Origin: Octopus vulgaris
Lineage: Eukaryota
Reading direction: 5' to 3'
DNA: 64,000 bases
Assembly (NCBI GenBank): GCA_951406725.2
Contig: OX597832.1
Coordinates: forward strand, 66,588,001 to 66,652,000
The notes under the pieces were generated by a model that made no database searches, was not told where the DNA came from, and saw nothing but the letters and a program-made list of their open reading frames with translations. This document shows, in pieces, positions 14,075-25,850 of this stretch. The translations under genes and the position numbers were made by a program. How positions within the stretch are numbered: the stretch's first letter is position 1; each line of letters begins with the position of its first letter.

Positions 14075-14576
14075 GACTAGCCGTCTGATAAGGGTACACT
14101 AGGCATATGCATCACAAACATATGTGCGCGACATGGTGATCTCATATCAAGATAAACGGCACATGACCTTGCAGGTGGGGCCCAGTTAGAATTTTCTACA
14201 GGTCGAGTAACCCAACCCACTCGAAAGGTCCCTTAATAAGGGTTGTTTAAGGATGTTGAACGAAACACCCATGTTTCCAGAGGTGAATTATTCAAACCCC
14301 AAAGAATCCCTCTCAACACATGGCTATGATGCACCCCCAGAGATACACATATCGTCAGCCACTAAGGGACATGCTCAACTGGTTAAAGTCAAACAAATGA
14401 CAAGCAAATCTGTGGTATTGAGCAGAATATTTGCTGTAGACCATCTTTTATACCAAGACCAAACAATGTACATGATAACACTTCCAATCAGTTAAGATCA
14501 GAAGCCATGAGAGCTACTGCCTGGTACTGCATCAGGGCATGGTACTGCATCAGGGCATGGTACTGCATCAGGGCAT
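14074..14576. mobile_element. ~500-bp non-coding interspersed element embedded in (TTA)n, with terminal (GGTACTGCATCAGGGCAT)x3
   Basis: Higher-complexity, GC-richer island with (TTA)n on both sides and no TE protein homology visible; resembles an abundant octopus repeat (recollection, not verified). Confidence 0.6.
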
Positions 14577-14612
14577 TTATTATTATTATTAGTATAATTA
14601 TTATTATTATTA

Positions 14613-14647
<35 letters not shown>

Positions 14648-14720
14648 TTTATTATTTTTATTATTATTATTATTATTATTTTTATTATTGTTATTATTAT
14701 TATCATTATTATTATTATTC
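14577..14720. repeat. Imperfect (TTA)n microsatellite
   Basis: Direct reading. Confidence 0.95.
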
Positions 14721-17700
14721 TGTAGATTTATTTTTATAGCGTGATTTCACTTCACTACAAAGCGCAGCTCTGTGTGTCTTGGGTGTATGCTGTGATTTGA
14801 TGCTCTTATGGTTATTGTCTGGAAAGTGTTCTGCGTAGGATGTGTGCAGTGCCTAGTAGTGCAATTTTCTGTATGTTATATGCGTTTGTACGTCCTGGGG
14901 TTTATGTTATGTATTTGTCAGCATTTTTTAATCATGCCCAATTCACCTACTATGATAGGAATTGTTTCTGTTTTTAGATTCCACATTCGAGTTAACTCTA
15001 TTTCCAGGTCTTTGTATTTTGAAAGTTTTTCCGTTTCTTTTAGAGAAACATTGTCATCTGCTGGTATTGATACATCAATTAGAAATCATTTTTTTTCATG
15101 ATCTCTGACAACTAAGTCTGGTCTGTTGACCTTAATTTCTCTATCTTTGTGTATTGGCATATCCCAGAGTATGGTTTCTTTCTCGTTTTCTGTGACCTTT
15201 TCTGGCGTGTGCCTATACCATATTTTTTTCTGTTGTTATTCCTTAATGTAAGCATAGCTTCCAGTGTATATAGGTCCCAACTCTGTCATGTATGTGAATA
15301 TATTCCTTCTTAGCCAGGACTAGGCAGCCAGTGATAATATGATTTATTGTTTCTTGTCCATCTCCACATATTCTGCAGTTACTTGTTTTATTTCTTTTCA
15401 TTACATGTTTTTGGTAATTTCTGGTGGGGAGGCTTTGGTCTTGTGCTGTAATTAAAAATCCTTCAGTCTCTGCTTTGAGTCCTGAGCTTCTCAACCATTG
15501 CTGTTATTTTTCTTTGTCTATTTCCTTTGCATTTAGTTTAGTCCAGTATTTGCAATGAAGTGGCTTTTCTTGCCAACATTTTATCATGGTTTGTTGCTGT
15601 TCTAGTTTTAGTTTGGATTTCATTTGTTTTATAGCTTTTGTTGTTTCTTCATCTTCTTCTTCTTCTTATTTGTTAAGTGGTATGATTTCTTGTTTGTATT
15701 TGTCAGCTTCCTTAAATACTGAGAACGTTTTTTTTGTTTTCCTCGTGTTTTGCCGCTATTTAATCAGTTTTCCTTCCTTCTGAAGTGGATATTTTTGCAG
15801 TCCAATGGTGGTTATTTTATAGTAGTTTTCCATCTGTATAAGGCCTCTACCACTTTATACGTTGTATATATAGCGCTTCTATGTAGATTTTAGCTGATGC
15901 ATCCTAGATCCTGTCATTATTTTTTGTGTTTTCCTATCTATTTTGGTCAGTTCATTCAGTGTCCAGTTAAGGATATTGTAGCTGTAACATATAACTGGGA
16001 CAGCTAAAGTGTTAATACCTATTATCTTGTTTTTAGTATTGAGCTCTGTTTTTAGTATTGATCTAACTCGTTTATAATATTCTTTTTATATTTTCTCTTT
16101 CATTTGTGTGTGCTGTGTCTTATCTAGTTCATGGATTCCTAAGTATTTGTAAGTTTGGCTTTGGTCTAATTCTTTTATTTCATTGGGTTTATATAGTGTG
16201 ATGTTGCTACTCTTAACTAGTTTTCCTCTTTCCATAGTTACTTTGGTGCATTTTTCAAATCCAAATTTCATATCTATTTCTTTGGTAAAGCCATGAACTG
16301 TCTTTAGTAGAGTTCCCAGCTGTTTGTCAGTTGTTGCGTATAGTTTTAGGTCATCCATATATAAAAGGTGGCTGATCGTTTTGCCGTAACATTTATATCC
16401 GCATCCAGTTCTATTTAGCATATCAGATAGAGGTGACAGTGCCAAGCAAAAAGGAGTAGAGAGAGCGTATCTGCCTGGATTATTCCTCTTCTAATGGAGA
16501 TGGCTTTGGTTTTTACGAGTCCCTCTTTTGTTTGGAGCTGTAGCTTTGTCTGCCATTTATTCATAGAGTGTCCTATGCATTTTATAATAGCTGATGCTAC
16601 TTTGTTAATGGCTAGTGTATCTAGGATCCATGTGTGGGGGATGCTATCAAACGCCTTTCTGTAGTCGATCCAGGCCATACTGAGGCTTTTCATCTTTCTG
16701 TGGCTGTCTTCAGTTATGGCTTTATTGATCATTAGTTGATCTTTACAGCCGTATGAGCCTTTGTGTTATCCTTTCTGCTCTTTCGGAAACATGTTGTTTT
16801 CGTCCAGATACTTGTTCAATCTTAGTGATATTACTGCAGCAAATGCTTTGTACATTGTAGGAAGACAGGTTATAGGTCTGTAGATTTCTGGCTTTGCTGT
16901 CTCATAGGATTTGGGAATTAAGATGGTTTTCCCCTTCGTGAGCCATCCAGGTATTGTCTATGGCTCTGCCAGTATGTTGTTAAAGTTTTCAGTCAGCTAT
17001 TTGTGTATTCCTGTTAGATATTTCAACCAGAAGTTGGGGATCTTGTCATGCCCATGTGCCTTCCAGATGCTTAGCCTTTGCAGTGCCTGGGTGACCTCTT
17101 CAGTTGTTCTGGAGGCCCAAAGTTGTTCAGATGCTAAATTTGTTGATTTAAAACTCCTTTGTTTTGTTGTTCATTCGCCGACCATATTTCTGTCCAGAAT
17201 TCTTCCACTTCTTCAGCCGTTGGTGCTGCAGTGATGTTTGTTTTATTTTTGCCGAGTTCTTGGTAGGACTTTTGGGGGCTGCAGTTTAACTCTTTGTTTT
17301 GTTCAAAGAAACGTTGGCGTTTCCCATACCGGTAGATCCTTTGTGCTTTGGCAAGGATATCATGCTTTAGCTTTTCTTTTATCTCAGGTAAATCTTTTTC
17401 TGTGATGTTGTATTTGCACAGTATTTTTGTTTTCTTTTTGTTGTTTAGTAGCGTTGATTGTCTACTGATTTCGTTAAGAATCGACAGATCTTTTCTCATT
17501 TTTTGTATTTTCTTATGTTAGTTATCCACAGGGAATGTTTGGGTTGTGGTACTCCTATTTGATGGGTTTAAGGGAGTATCCAGCTTCTTTTGTGGTTGCA
17601 GTGGCTGCTGTATATACAAAGTCATTTATCTCAGTGATATTGCTATTTGTTTCAGTGGCTATTGGTTCAGTGACACTTAGGTTTATGCTATTTATAATTG

Positions 17701-18737
17701 ATGTTTTTTTGTCTATTTTGATTTTTGGGATGGTCCATTTTGAGATTTGTGGTTTTCAGTATCATAATTATTAGGCCCCCCTTCGTTGTTTCCAGGTTTT
17801 AGATTTGTGTCGCTTTCTTTCTCATTCGTATGTTTGTCTGTCGTGTTTTGGCTTGCTGCTTGGCGTGCATTATTATGCATCCTTACGGTCTGGTTCTGTT
17901 GTTTGTTGTTTACATAGATTTTGTTGGGAACGTGACGTGTTTTACTATCTCAGTGTTTATATTATTTGGCATTGTTGTGTAGCTTCTATCTACATTTTCC
18001 TGGTGTATGTTTTCTTTTAAATGTTCTATTTCTGATATCTTTTTTTGCATTGAGAATATATATTCGTACATTAGCTAGTTTATTATGGTTCATTGCTGTA
18101 TCCAAGTCTTTATTTATGTTATTTTGCTTCCATATTTTATATGTATATTTTGTTTTGTTTTCGCTCTTTGGGTAGAGCACTGCTGTAAAGTAAGCGTGTA
18201 GGATTCAAATGTATTCCTCACGTCTCCATTTATGCCTTTTTGGTTTTATTTGCGGGACATGAGGAACAACGTCCGACCCATTATTTTGACGGTCGTCATT
18301 TTCGTAGGGTACCGGAACGTTCATTTCTGTTGTCACATTGTTTTGCACGTGTAGTTTTTCGTATTTTTTGTGTAACAACTTTAAAGTACGCACTTCCTGA
18401 TTGTTATTCTTGGGTTGAATAATATCGGTATTATTTAATTTGTACGTAGTTCCTTTGTACATGGGGCAGGAGATGACCTGGTGTTGATGGATCGTAATGT
18501 ATCAAGCTTGTTTACATGTTGTGCTGTGTTAGGGGTGGAGATGATATCGAGTTAAAATGCATAATTACGTTTGGAAAATAGTAATACATTTCAATGAGTA
18601 TTACTTACTCGGATATAGTCCAATATTTGTCAGTTATTTTTGGGCTCCATGCGATGTCTTTGTTTCCGATGTGTTGTGGATAGATTTATGAGCACTGTTT
18701 TATCGCTCTCACATGTTAAACGTCCCCAGTATTCTCA
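14721..18737 (-). mobile_element. Near full-length R4/Dong-clade element (family B), pseudogenised
   Basis: N-terminal KRHKWRREEY..LHAYF and KLANVR; RT AWIDYRKAFDSIPH, GIIQADTLS, HLLYMDDLKLY, FGFEKC, YKYLG; CCHC CRIC..ETINHIITGC + HD; RLE RPDL..K..KYKDLEIE; 3' UTR with AATAAA then (TAA)n. Confidence 0.93.
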
Positions 18738-18756
18738 TTATTACTATTATTATTAT

Positions 18757-19715
18757 TCAGTAGTTTTATTTTTTTAGCGAGCTTTTACTTCACTACAAAG
18801 CGCAGCTCTGTGTGCCTTGGTTATGTGCTGTGGTTTGTTGTGATGCTCTTATGGTTACTGTATTGAGAGTGTTTTAGGTAGGATATGTGCAATGTCCAGT
18901 AGTGCAACTTTCTGTATGTTATATATATTTGTAAGTCCTAGTGTTTTTGTTATGTATTTTCCGAATATTTTTTTTATCATACCTAATGTGGCTACTATGA
19001 TAGGAATTGTTTGTGTTTTTAGATTCCACATTCGAGTTACCTCTATTTGCAGGTCTCTGCATTTTGAAAGTTTCTCCATTTCTTTTAGAGAAACATTGTC
19101 ATCTGCTGGTATTGATACATCAATTAGAAATTATTTTTTTCGTCATGATCTCTGACAACCATATCTGGATTATTGGCCTTAATTTCTCTGTGTGTATTGG
19201 CATATCCCAGAGCATGGTTACTTTCTCGTTTTCTGTGACCTTTTCTGGCGTGTGCCTATACCATATTTTTTTCTGTTGTTATTCCATAATGTAAGCATAG
19301 CTTCCAGTGTATGTAGGCTCCAACTTTGTCGTGTATGTGAATATATTCCTTCTTAGCCAGGACTGGGCAGCCAGAGATAATATGACTTATTGTTTCTTGC
19401 CCATCTCCACATATCCTGCAGTTACTTGTTTTATTTCTTTTCATTACATGTTTTTGGTAATTTCTGGTGGGGAGGCTTTGGTCTTGTGCTGCAATTAAAA
19501 ATCCTTCTGTCTCTGCTTTGAGTCCTGAGCTTCTCAACATTTGTTGGAATTTTTCTCTGTCTATTTCTTTTGCCGTTAGTTTACTCCAGTATTTGTCATG
19601 AGGGGGTTCTTCACATCGCTGTATCATAGTCCGTTGTTGTTCTAGTTTATTTTGGATTTCATTTGTTTTATATCTTTTGTTGTTTCTTCTTCTTCTTCTT
19701 CTTCTTCTTCTTCTT

Positions 19716-19746
<31 letters not shown>

Positions 19747-19950
19747 ATATTTGTTAGGTAGTATGCCTTCTTGTATGCATTTGTCAGCTTCCTTAAATAC
19801 TGAAAACAGTTTTTTGCTCGTATTTTGTGGCTATTTGAATTACTTTTCTTTGCTTCTGAAGTAGGTATATTTGCAACCCTTTGGTGGTTATTTTATTATT
19901 GCTCTCCAGCTGTATGAGGCATGTACCACCTATACGTTGTGTATATATAT
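18757..19950 (-). mobile_element. 5'-truncated family B copy, head-to-tail with the full copy
   Basis: ORFs 19256..19627 and 18855..19079 match family B; short ATT spacer at 18737-18757; internal (GAA)~20 expansion at 19684-19743. Confidence 0.92.
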
Positions 19951-19951
19951 A

Positions 19952-20540
19952 TACAGAGTATTTGAGCTGTTCTAAGCACTGCTGTTTTCTGCAAGTGTTT
20001 CCCATTCTCTATCTCATGGTCGCACTGAATCATAAAATCCCATTCGATCTTTGCATTTCTATTTTCGACGATGCTTTCAGGTTTGTGGTCATACCAATTT
20101 GTGCTCTGTCAAGTCCATACTTTTTGCAAAATGTCCAACATACAAGCCTAGCTATATTGTTGCGTTTCTTATATTCCTTCTGGGCTAGTGGCGTACATTG
20201 GCTGGTAATATGCCATACGGTTTCACCGTTGTGTCCAAAGATTCTGCATTTAACCCTTTCTGATGTGCTGTCTATTCTGTATTTTATGTATTTTTTTCTT
20301 GGTGCTTGCTCTTGGGCAGCACAGGTTAGAGCCTCCTTTTCCGGTTTTAAATCACTTTTAGTCATCCACAGACATCTCTTTTCTCTGTCTGTTTTATCCT
20401 CAACATCCCTATGAAATTGAGCATGCATTCTTTTCTTTAATCACATATTTTCAGTTTCATTCGTTTTCAATTTCTTGTATAGTGCTTTATCTTTGCAATC
20501 TTTCATCCTACACAAGCCTGACCTTCCTACTTCTATTCCT
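19952..20540 (-). mobile_element. R4/Dong fragment of a further family (E) with the RLE core deleted
   Basis: MHAQF..LKPEKEALTCAAQEQA..KCRIF..ETVWHITSQC; WDFMIQCDHEIE joined directly to HLQKTAVLRTAQIL. Confidence 0.82.
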
Positions 20541-21168
20541 AAATATGCTTGCCGGTACCTCCTTGTAGGTAGGCATTGATCTTGTGCGGCTATTTTTGAT
20601 TTTAATCCAGAAGACGCTAACCATTGATGGGTAAGTGCTATGTCAACATCGATATTGTTAGCTCTCTTTAGTTATTTGGCATTGAGATGCTTTCCTTGCC
20701 GTCTTTCAGTAAGAATGCCTAAGGCAGCAATTTTAGCACGGGTTTTCATACACTTAGCTTTCTCTGTGCTGGATTCCAATACGTTTAGTTCTGGGATTTT
20801 TTGTAGTTGGAATTCACTTTGATATTCCTTTGCCTGCTTTGTTACTGAGTATGGTGCTTTCTTGTTTTCATGCTTTAAGTCAAGGTTTAGCATCCAATAA
20901 TCAGAGTTTTTCAGACAGGTGTTTAGGCCAATTGTGGCAATCTTCATTGTTCCAGTTGTAACAGTCCACAGCCAACCTCTTTTGTTGGCAGGTAAAATCT
21001 ATCTGCATCTACCTTAATGTGGTGCATTTTATGCATTGTCAACAGTTTTCGAATTTCTCTGTCAAGGTTATATATTTCAGTACTTGACCAGTTAATAATA
21101 TTAAAACTGTAAGTCACGAATGCTATGGCAAAAGTATTGATCGCTTCGGTCCTGTTTCATGCATAGAA
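20541..21168 (-). mobile_element. Internal fragment of a diverged family A-like element
   Basis: ORF 20672..20947 MKIATIGLNTCLKNSDYWML..KAPYSVTKQAKEY aligns with 5460..6236. Confidence 0.88.
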
Positions 21169-21171
21169 CTG

Positions 21172-21396
21172 GGTGTCTGTGGCTCTTTGTATCTGTTTGT
21201 CCCCCACAACTGCTTGACAACCGGTGGTGGTGTATTTATGTACACGTACCATAGTGGGTTGGCAATGGAACCCTATAGAATATGTAACAAGATTTAAAGA
21301 ATGTACTAGGGGTGATATGTTGGGCTAAGATTTCAAGAATCGGTGTCGCAGCATGGTCGTGTTCTAATGACTGAAACCATAGGATAAAAGAAAGGT
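21172..21396 (+). mobile_element. Degraded 3' half of the tRNA-derived SINE seen at 39162-39578
   Basis: GCTTGACAACCG..GGTGT, TAGAATA.GTA and GCAGCATGG..ATGACTGAAAC match the SINE 3' part. Confidence 0.75.
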
Positions 21397-23084
21397 TATA
21401 TGTATGTACATGTATATATGTGTGTGTATATATACATACATATTTATATATATAATATATTTACATATATGCATATGTAGGTATGTATGTATATATATAG
21501 ATATAGATATATATGTACGCACACTCGCACGCACACACATAAACGCACATATATATTATATACATTTATGTTTAAGAGTGTGTGTGTGATATCTGCGTAA
21601 TCCTATGTGTTAGCATGAGTGTTTTTATGTCTGTGATTGTTTCTTTTTTATGTACTTTAGTAATGCGTTCCGTAATGATAATCAAATTTAGAAAACATAT
21701 ATCGCCTGAACGGGGTTAAGATGAGAATGGTAATTATCAGACAATTTCACCCTTGTATGTAATATCATTCTCTGTGCTCAACACATCAGATAATTAAGGT
21801 AACTTCACACGGAAATTGTTTACAGTGTTATTATCTTGTGCCAAGTAATTACCATAAACTTATTCTACCGTAAGCTAATTTGGACTTTTTATTTTTCAAC
21901 CTCCACCCTCTGCCCCGTAGATTATTCGCTTTCCCCTTCAAATCTCTCTAAAATATTATATTCTTCATTTGTTACTCAATATCTCATTGTATCTATCTAC
22001 CTTTTTCTGTCTTTATGTATCTTTCTCAATATTTCTTTCTATCTTTTTTTCCCTCCTGTTTCTCTTGTACAATTTCAATTCTAACTCTCCCTTTGCAAAA
22101 TCTACTGAAACAATGTCTAATAAACGATGACAATAGCTCCAAAGTTTTTATCAACCTATATTACAAAGAGGAAAATTATGTGTGCGCTACCGAAGCATCT
22201 AGCGATGTTTGCGATCAATTTGGAAACGTGTCTTCCTGGTGAGAAATTACATTTTTTTTCATCTAGAATTCCCTGGGTCTGTGTTCTTCCACTGCTACCA
22301 ATACACTCAACCAGCTTATCAGGTCTGTAATTACTGTCTACCGGCATATTCAAATACACAGCTTATTAAGCTGCTGCATATATTTGTAAGACTCGTTTCG
22401 TGACTATTCCCGGGAAGCTAAAATTTTCACAGAAATTAGTATTAACTGTCATAAGAATTTTATCAGCACGACCACCAAATACCAATTGATGAATTATATA
22501 CATGATTGCGCCTGAGTCTAGTTAGCTTTTACTTTTGTACACATAAACATGCCTGCTGGCGTACATATACTTGCATAATACGTACATGCCTATATACATA
22601 GACAATTCACATGAACATATACATGCTTAGTGTGGGAGACCATTCACTGAATTTACACGAAATGCCATCTTCAAAATTAATGCCATTACTATCAGACTTG
22701 TTAAGGAACTGGTTATAATTTTGATAACATTCGTAGAAGAAAACTTTTATTAAGTTCGTAGATTATTCGGCTCACACTAGAGTTTTCCATGTAATACAAA
22801 ATTACGATACCATCTGGCTGGAGCAACAAATTATCACAGGAGAAACGGAGAAATCCAACACCGCAAAATGTAAATAGCAAAATGAAATAGTAGTAGCTTT
22901 TGAAGAATCTCGTGCTGTAACGTATTTGTTGGATTTTACAGTTCCCCACTGAGTTGTTATTTGCTATACATTCTCAAAAATTGAAAACCAAAAATGATTC
23001 ACTGGGTTATAAGCATAAAATTAAAGTATAAGTTTGTAGAGGCACTACACTCGCTAATGAAATATTAACGTCTTTAAATAATAG

Positions 23085-23285
23085 CTTCGAAGTTTGGCTC
23101 AATGTCATCAAGTTGGAGTAAAGAGTTGACTTGGCTACATCGACTCCAGTGCTCGATGGGTACTTATTTTATCGCCTCCGAAAGGCTGCAAGCCAAAACT
23201 GATCTCGACGGAGCTTAAACCGAGATCGTAAATTCGCACGAAATTCCATTAGACCTTTTGTCCAACGATTCTGGCAGCTTCCCGT
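23085..23285 (-). mobile_element. Degraded tRNA-derived SINE (family of 51580-51762)
   Basis: Reverse complement resembles GCTGGCAGAATCG...CCGAGGTCGAC...GATAAA.TAAGTACC. Confidence 0.65.
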
Positions 23286-23467
23286 ATTTAAAAGTTTTTA
23301 AATATTGTCAATAAAGAAAAAAATAACAGATCATTTCATGAATGCAAAAATATGGTTGTTGCGTAGGAATTTCTTTTCAAAAGGCTTCTGAACAGGGTTA
23401 AATTTATCGTGAACGTGCATGTTTGTGGAAATCACATATTAACAAAATGTCAATGGCAACAGTTCTT

Positions 23468-23662
23468 TATTTACATTATTTACATTTGACGGATGTTTGT
23501 CCTCATCATGTTTGTTGTTAACACAGCTTTTCGTCTGATGTATCCTCCAGCCTTCATCAGGTGTCTTGGGGAAATTTCGAACCTAGGTTCTCATTTCTAA
23601 GGTATTTTTTGATGTTGTAGTTGTTGTTGTTGTTGTTGCTGTTGTTATTATTATTATTATTA

Positions 23663-23695
<33 letters not shown>

Positions 23696-23831
23696 GTAGT
23701 AGTAGTAGTAGTAGTAGTAGTATTCAGGTCACTACCTGAAATCAAACTCGGAATCTTGGGGTTAGTAGTCCGCGCTCTTAACAACTACGCCATATGCCGC
23801 CCAAGATTTCGAGTTCGATTCCAGTCAGTTA

Positions 23832-23890
<59 letters not shown>

Positions 23891-24069
23891 TCGAAAAATA
23901 CCTTAGGAATGAGAACCCAGGTTTAAAATTTCCCCAAGACACCTGATGAAGGCTGGAGGATATATCAGCCGAAACGTTGTGTTAACAACAAACGAGATGA
24001 GGACAAATATTAGTCAATTGTAAATAATGTAAATAATGTGCATAATTCCTCATCTCTTAAATATAGAAC
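23468..24069. mobile_element. Head-to-head inverted pair of a tRNA-headed, hammerhead-containing SINE-like element (probably PLE-mobilised)
   Basis: Minus copy 23468-23798 has a tRNA-like head (A box TGGCGTAGTTG, mutated B box), internal (AAT)n and a hammerhead. Plus copy 23800-24069 is 5'-truncated, keeps B box GAGTTCGATTCC, and has an extra 3' tail. Confidence 0.8.
23938..23983 (+). ncRNA. Minimal type-I hammerhead ribozyme
   Basis: GACAC-CTGATGA-A-GGCTG(gaggatatat)CAGCC-GAAA-C-G-T-T-GTGTT: stem I GACAC/GTGTT, stem II GGCTG/CAGCC, palindromic stem III AACGTT, predicted cut after 23978. A mutated copy lies on the minus strand at 23518-23565. Confidence 0.8.
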
Positions 24070-24757
24070 GCAGGCGACGTATTGTAAGCTTAAAGTTGAC
24101 CCGTGTATCAGCGTAAATGCCTTCCTCCAATCGCTGGGGAGTTGTGTCAGTGGATACTATCGATTACCAACTACTGCATTGAGTGCCTTCGATTCTCCTT
24201 TCCTTGTCCTTAAATATAACACATTTTCTTAACAATGTCATCTTCACCATAAACAGAGTCATGGCTTTGGTGTATGTTGGACAGCCTCTCTCTGTTTCCT
24301 TCAATTACTCCATTTACGGTCTCACAAACACATTTGCTTATACACATGCGGGTGCACACACACAAACACACACATATGCACACACACACGCACGGACACT
24401 CACACATATGTTTGTGTATATGTTCGTATGTATACAGTACTGTCTCCTACGACGGAAAGGCGTCCTGTGTAATTTTGCCAGACTTTTCTATTCTTCAAGA
24501 GTTCGGCTGATAATTTTTCATGAAGTAGGCTGATGTCTTTGCACTTTCTGCTCTCTTTCATTTTCCATCTTACTTTTTGTTATATTAACTAGTTTACATT
24601 TTCAAATCCACTGGCGCCATCTGCATTCAAATATTTGATCAATGTATAGAAACTTTCTCTTTCGAAACGTATCACTTGTGATGTTTGATTCCGATGTGCT
24701 TTCTTTTCTTTAGGAACAGCTTGATTACGATGCAATGGTTCTCATTCTTATATTAAA

Positions 24758-24998
24758 GAGTCATATTCGTAGTCATAAAGCGAGACAGATTATTGACAAC
24801 CATTCCCCTGGTGGTGGTGTTACACACCATACTAATCATATCCGTCAGGTATGTAGAAAGGAGAGTAATTCGGCGGGAGTTTGCATAGTTACATGCATAG
24901 GTACAATGTACATGCATAGTTATAACTACAGCCGGCTATTGCCGATAAAGTTTTTAGCTGCCAATTCTGTACAAGATATTGTAGATCTTTAGCAGTGA
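24758..24998 (+). mobile_element. Short RTE 3'-UTR copy flanked by an 18-bp TSD
   Basis: Reverse complement of 25925-26165; perfect direct repeat TCTCATTCTTATATTAAA at 24740-24757 and 24999-25016. Confidence 0.88.
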
Positions 24999-25811
24999 TC
25001 TCATTCTTATATTAAATCTGTTCTTACTAATAGCAAAATTACATATAAAATCATATATAATCATTCATCAGACATTTGAAATCATGCACATTGCCTGTGC
25101 TTTGTGCATAAGTTCTTCACTAAATTCAGTATTTAAAGTAATGTTTGCTTTTCTTTAACATTCCAAAACGTTTTAAATGGTTTATTTTCAGTGATATGCT
25201 TTTTATTTTCTATGGTCGATCTCCATAATTTTAGTGTTCCTAATATATTTTGTTTACGATACACCATTAACTATTTCAACAAGCGATATCTCCCGTACAT
25301 AAAATATATATTATTTTCATGTATTGAAAGTTTCATTAGTAAGAAGAGTCAATAGGGTCAGCGTGAACAATATTCGCCATATAATTTCTATAAAGCCATA
25401 CAAACATTTTACTTACATCTCTGGTTTTATTCTTCTTGTACAAGTGTTTGTCCGATCAACCAAAAAAATTAAAAAAAAGAGTCGATATGACAACATAGTA
25501 CTGTTGCGACCAACTCCTAATTTCAACTTCATTTGAGTGCTGATTGTCTATTCATACACAATCTATACTTCCGCAATGTATTGAGCCAATTAGAATGATA
25601 TACTACTCGGCAAACCATACAATTTTAGCTCCTTACAAACTGTGTGCGATGACTAACAAAGGCTTTTTCATGTACAACATCAATCACATTTTCAAAGAAT
25701 GCAAAAGAAAAAAATGAAAAAATAATTAAACTTACATTTTGAATTGAAAACACATTTGTTTCAAAAGTCTAATGTCAGACCAGACCATTAAAGACATAAA
25801 TATATACATAT

Positions 25812-25848
<37 letters not shown>

Positions 25849-25850
<2 letters not shown>

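Noticed and set aside
14523-14576. 18-bp direct repeats as a CRISPR array
   Set aside because: No spacers, only three abutting units, eukaryotic context and no cas genes
23722-23798. Functional tRNA gene
   Set aside because: No acceptor-stem pairing found and the B box is mutated; it is the head of a repeat
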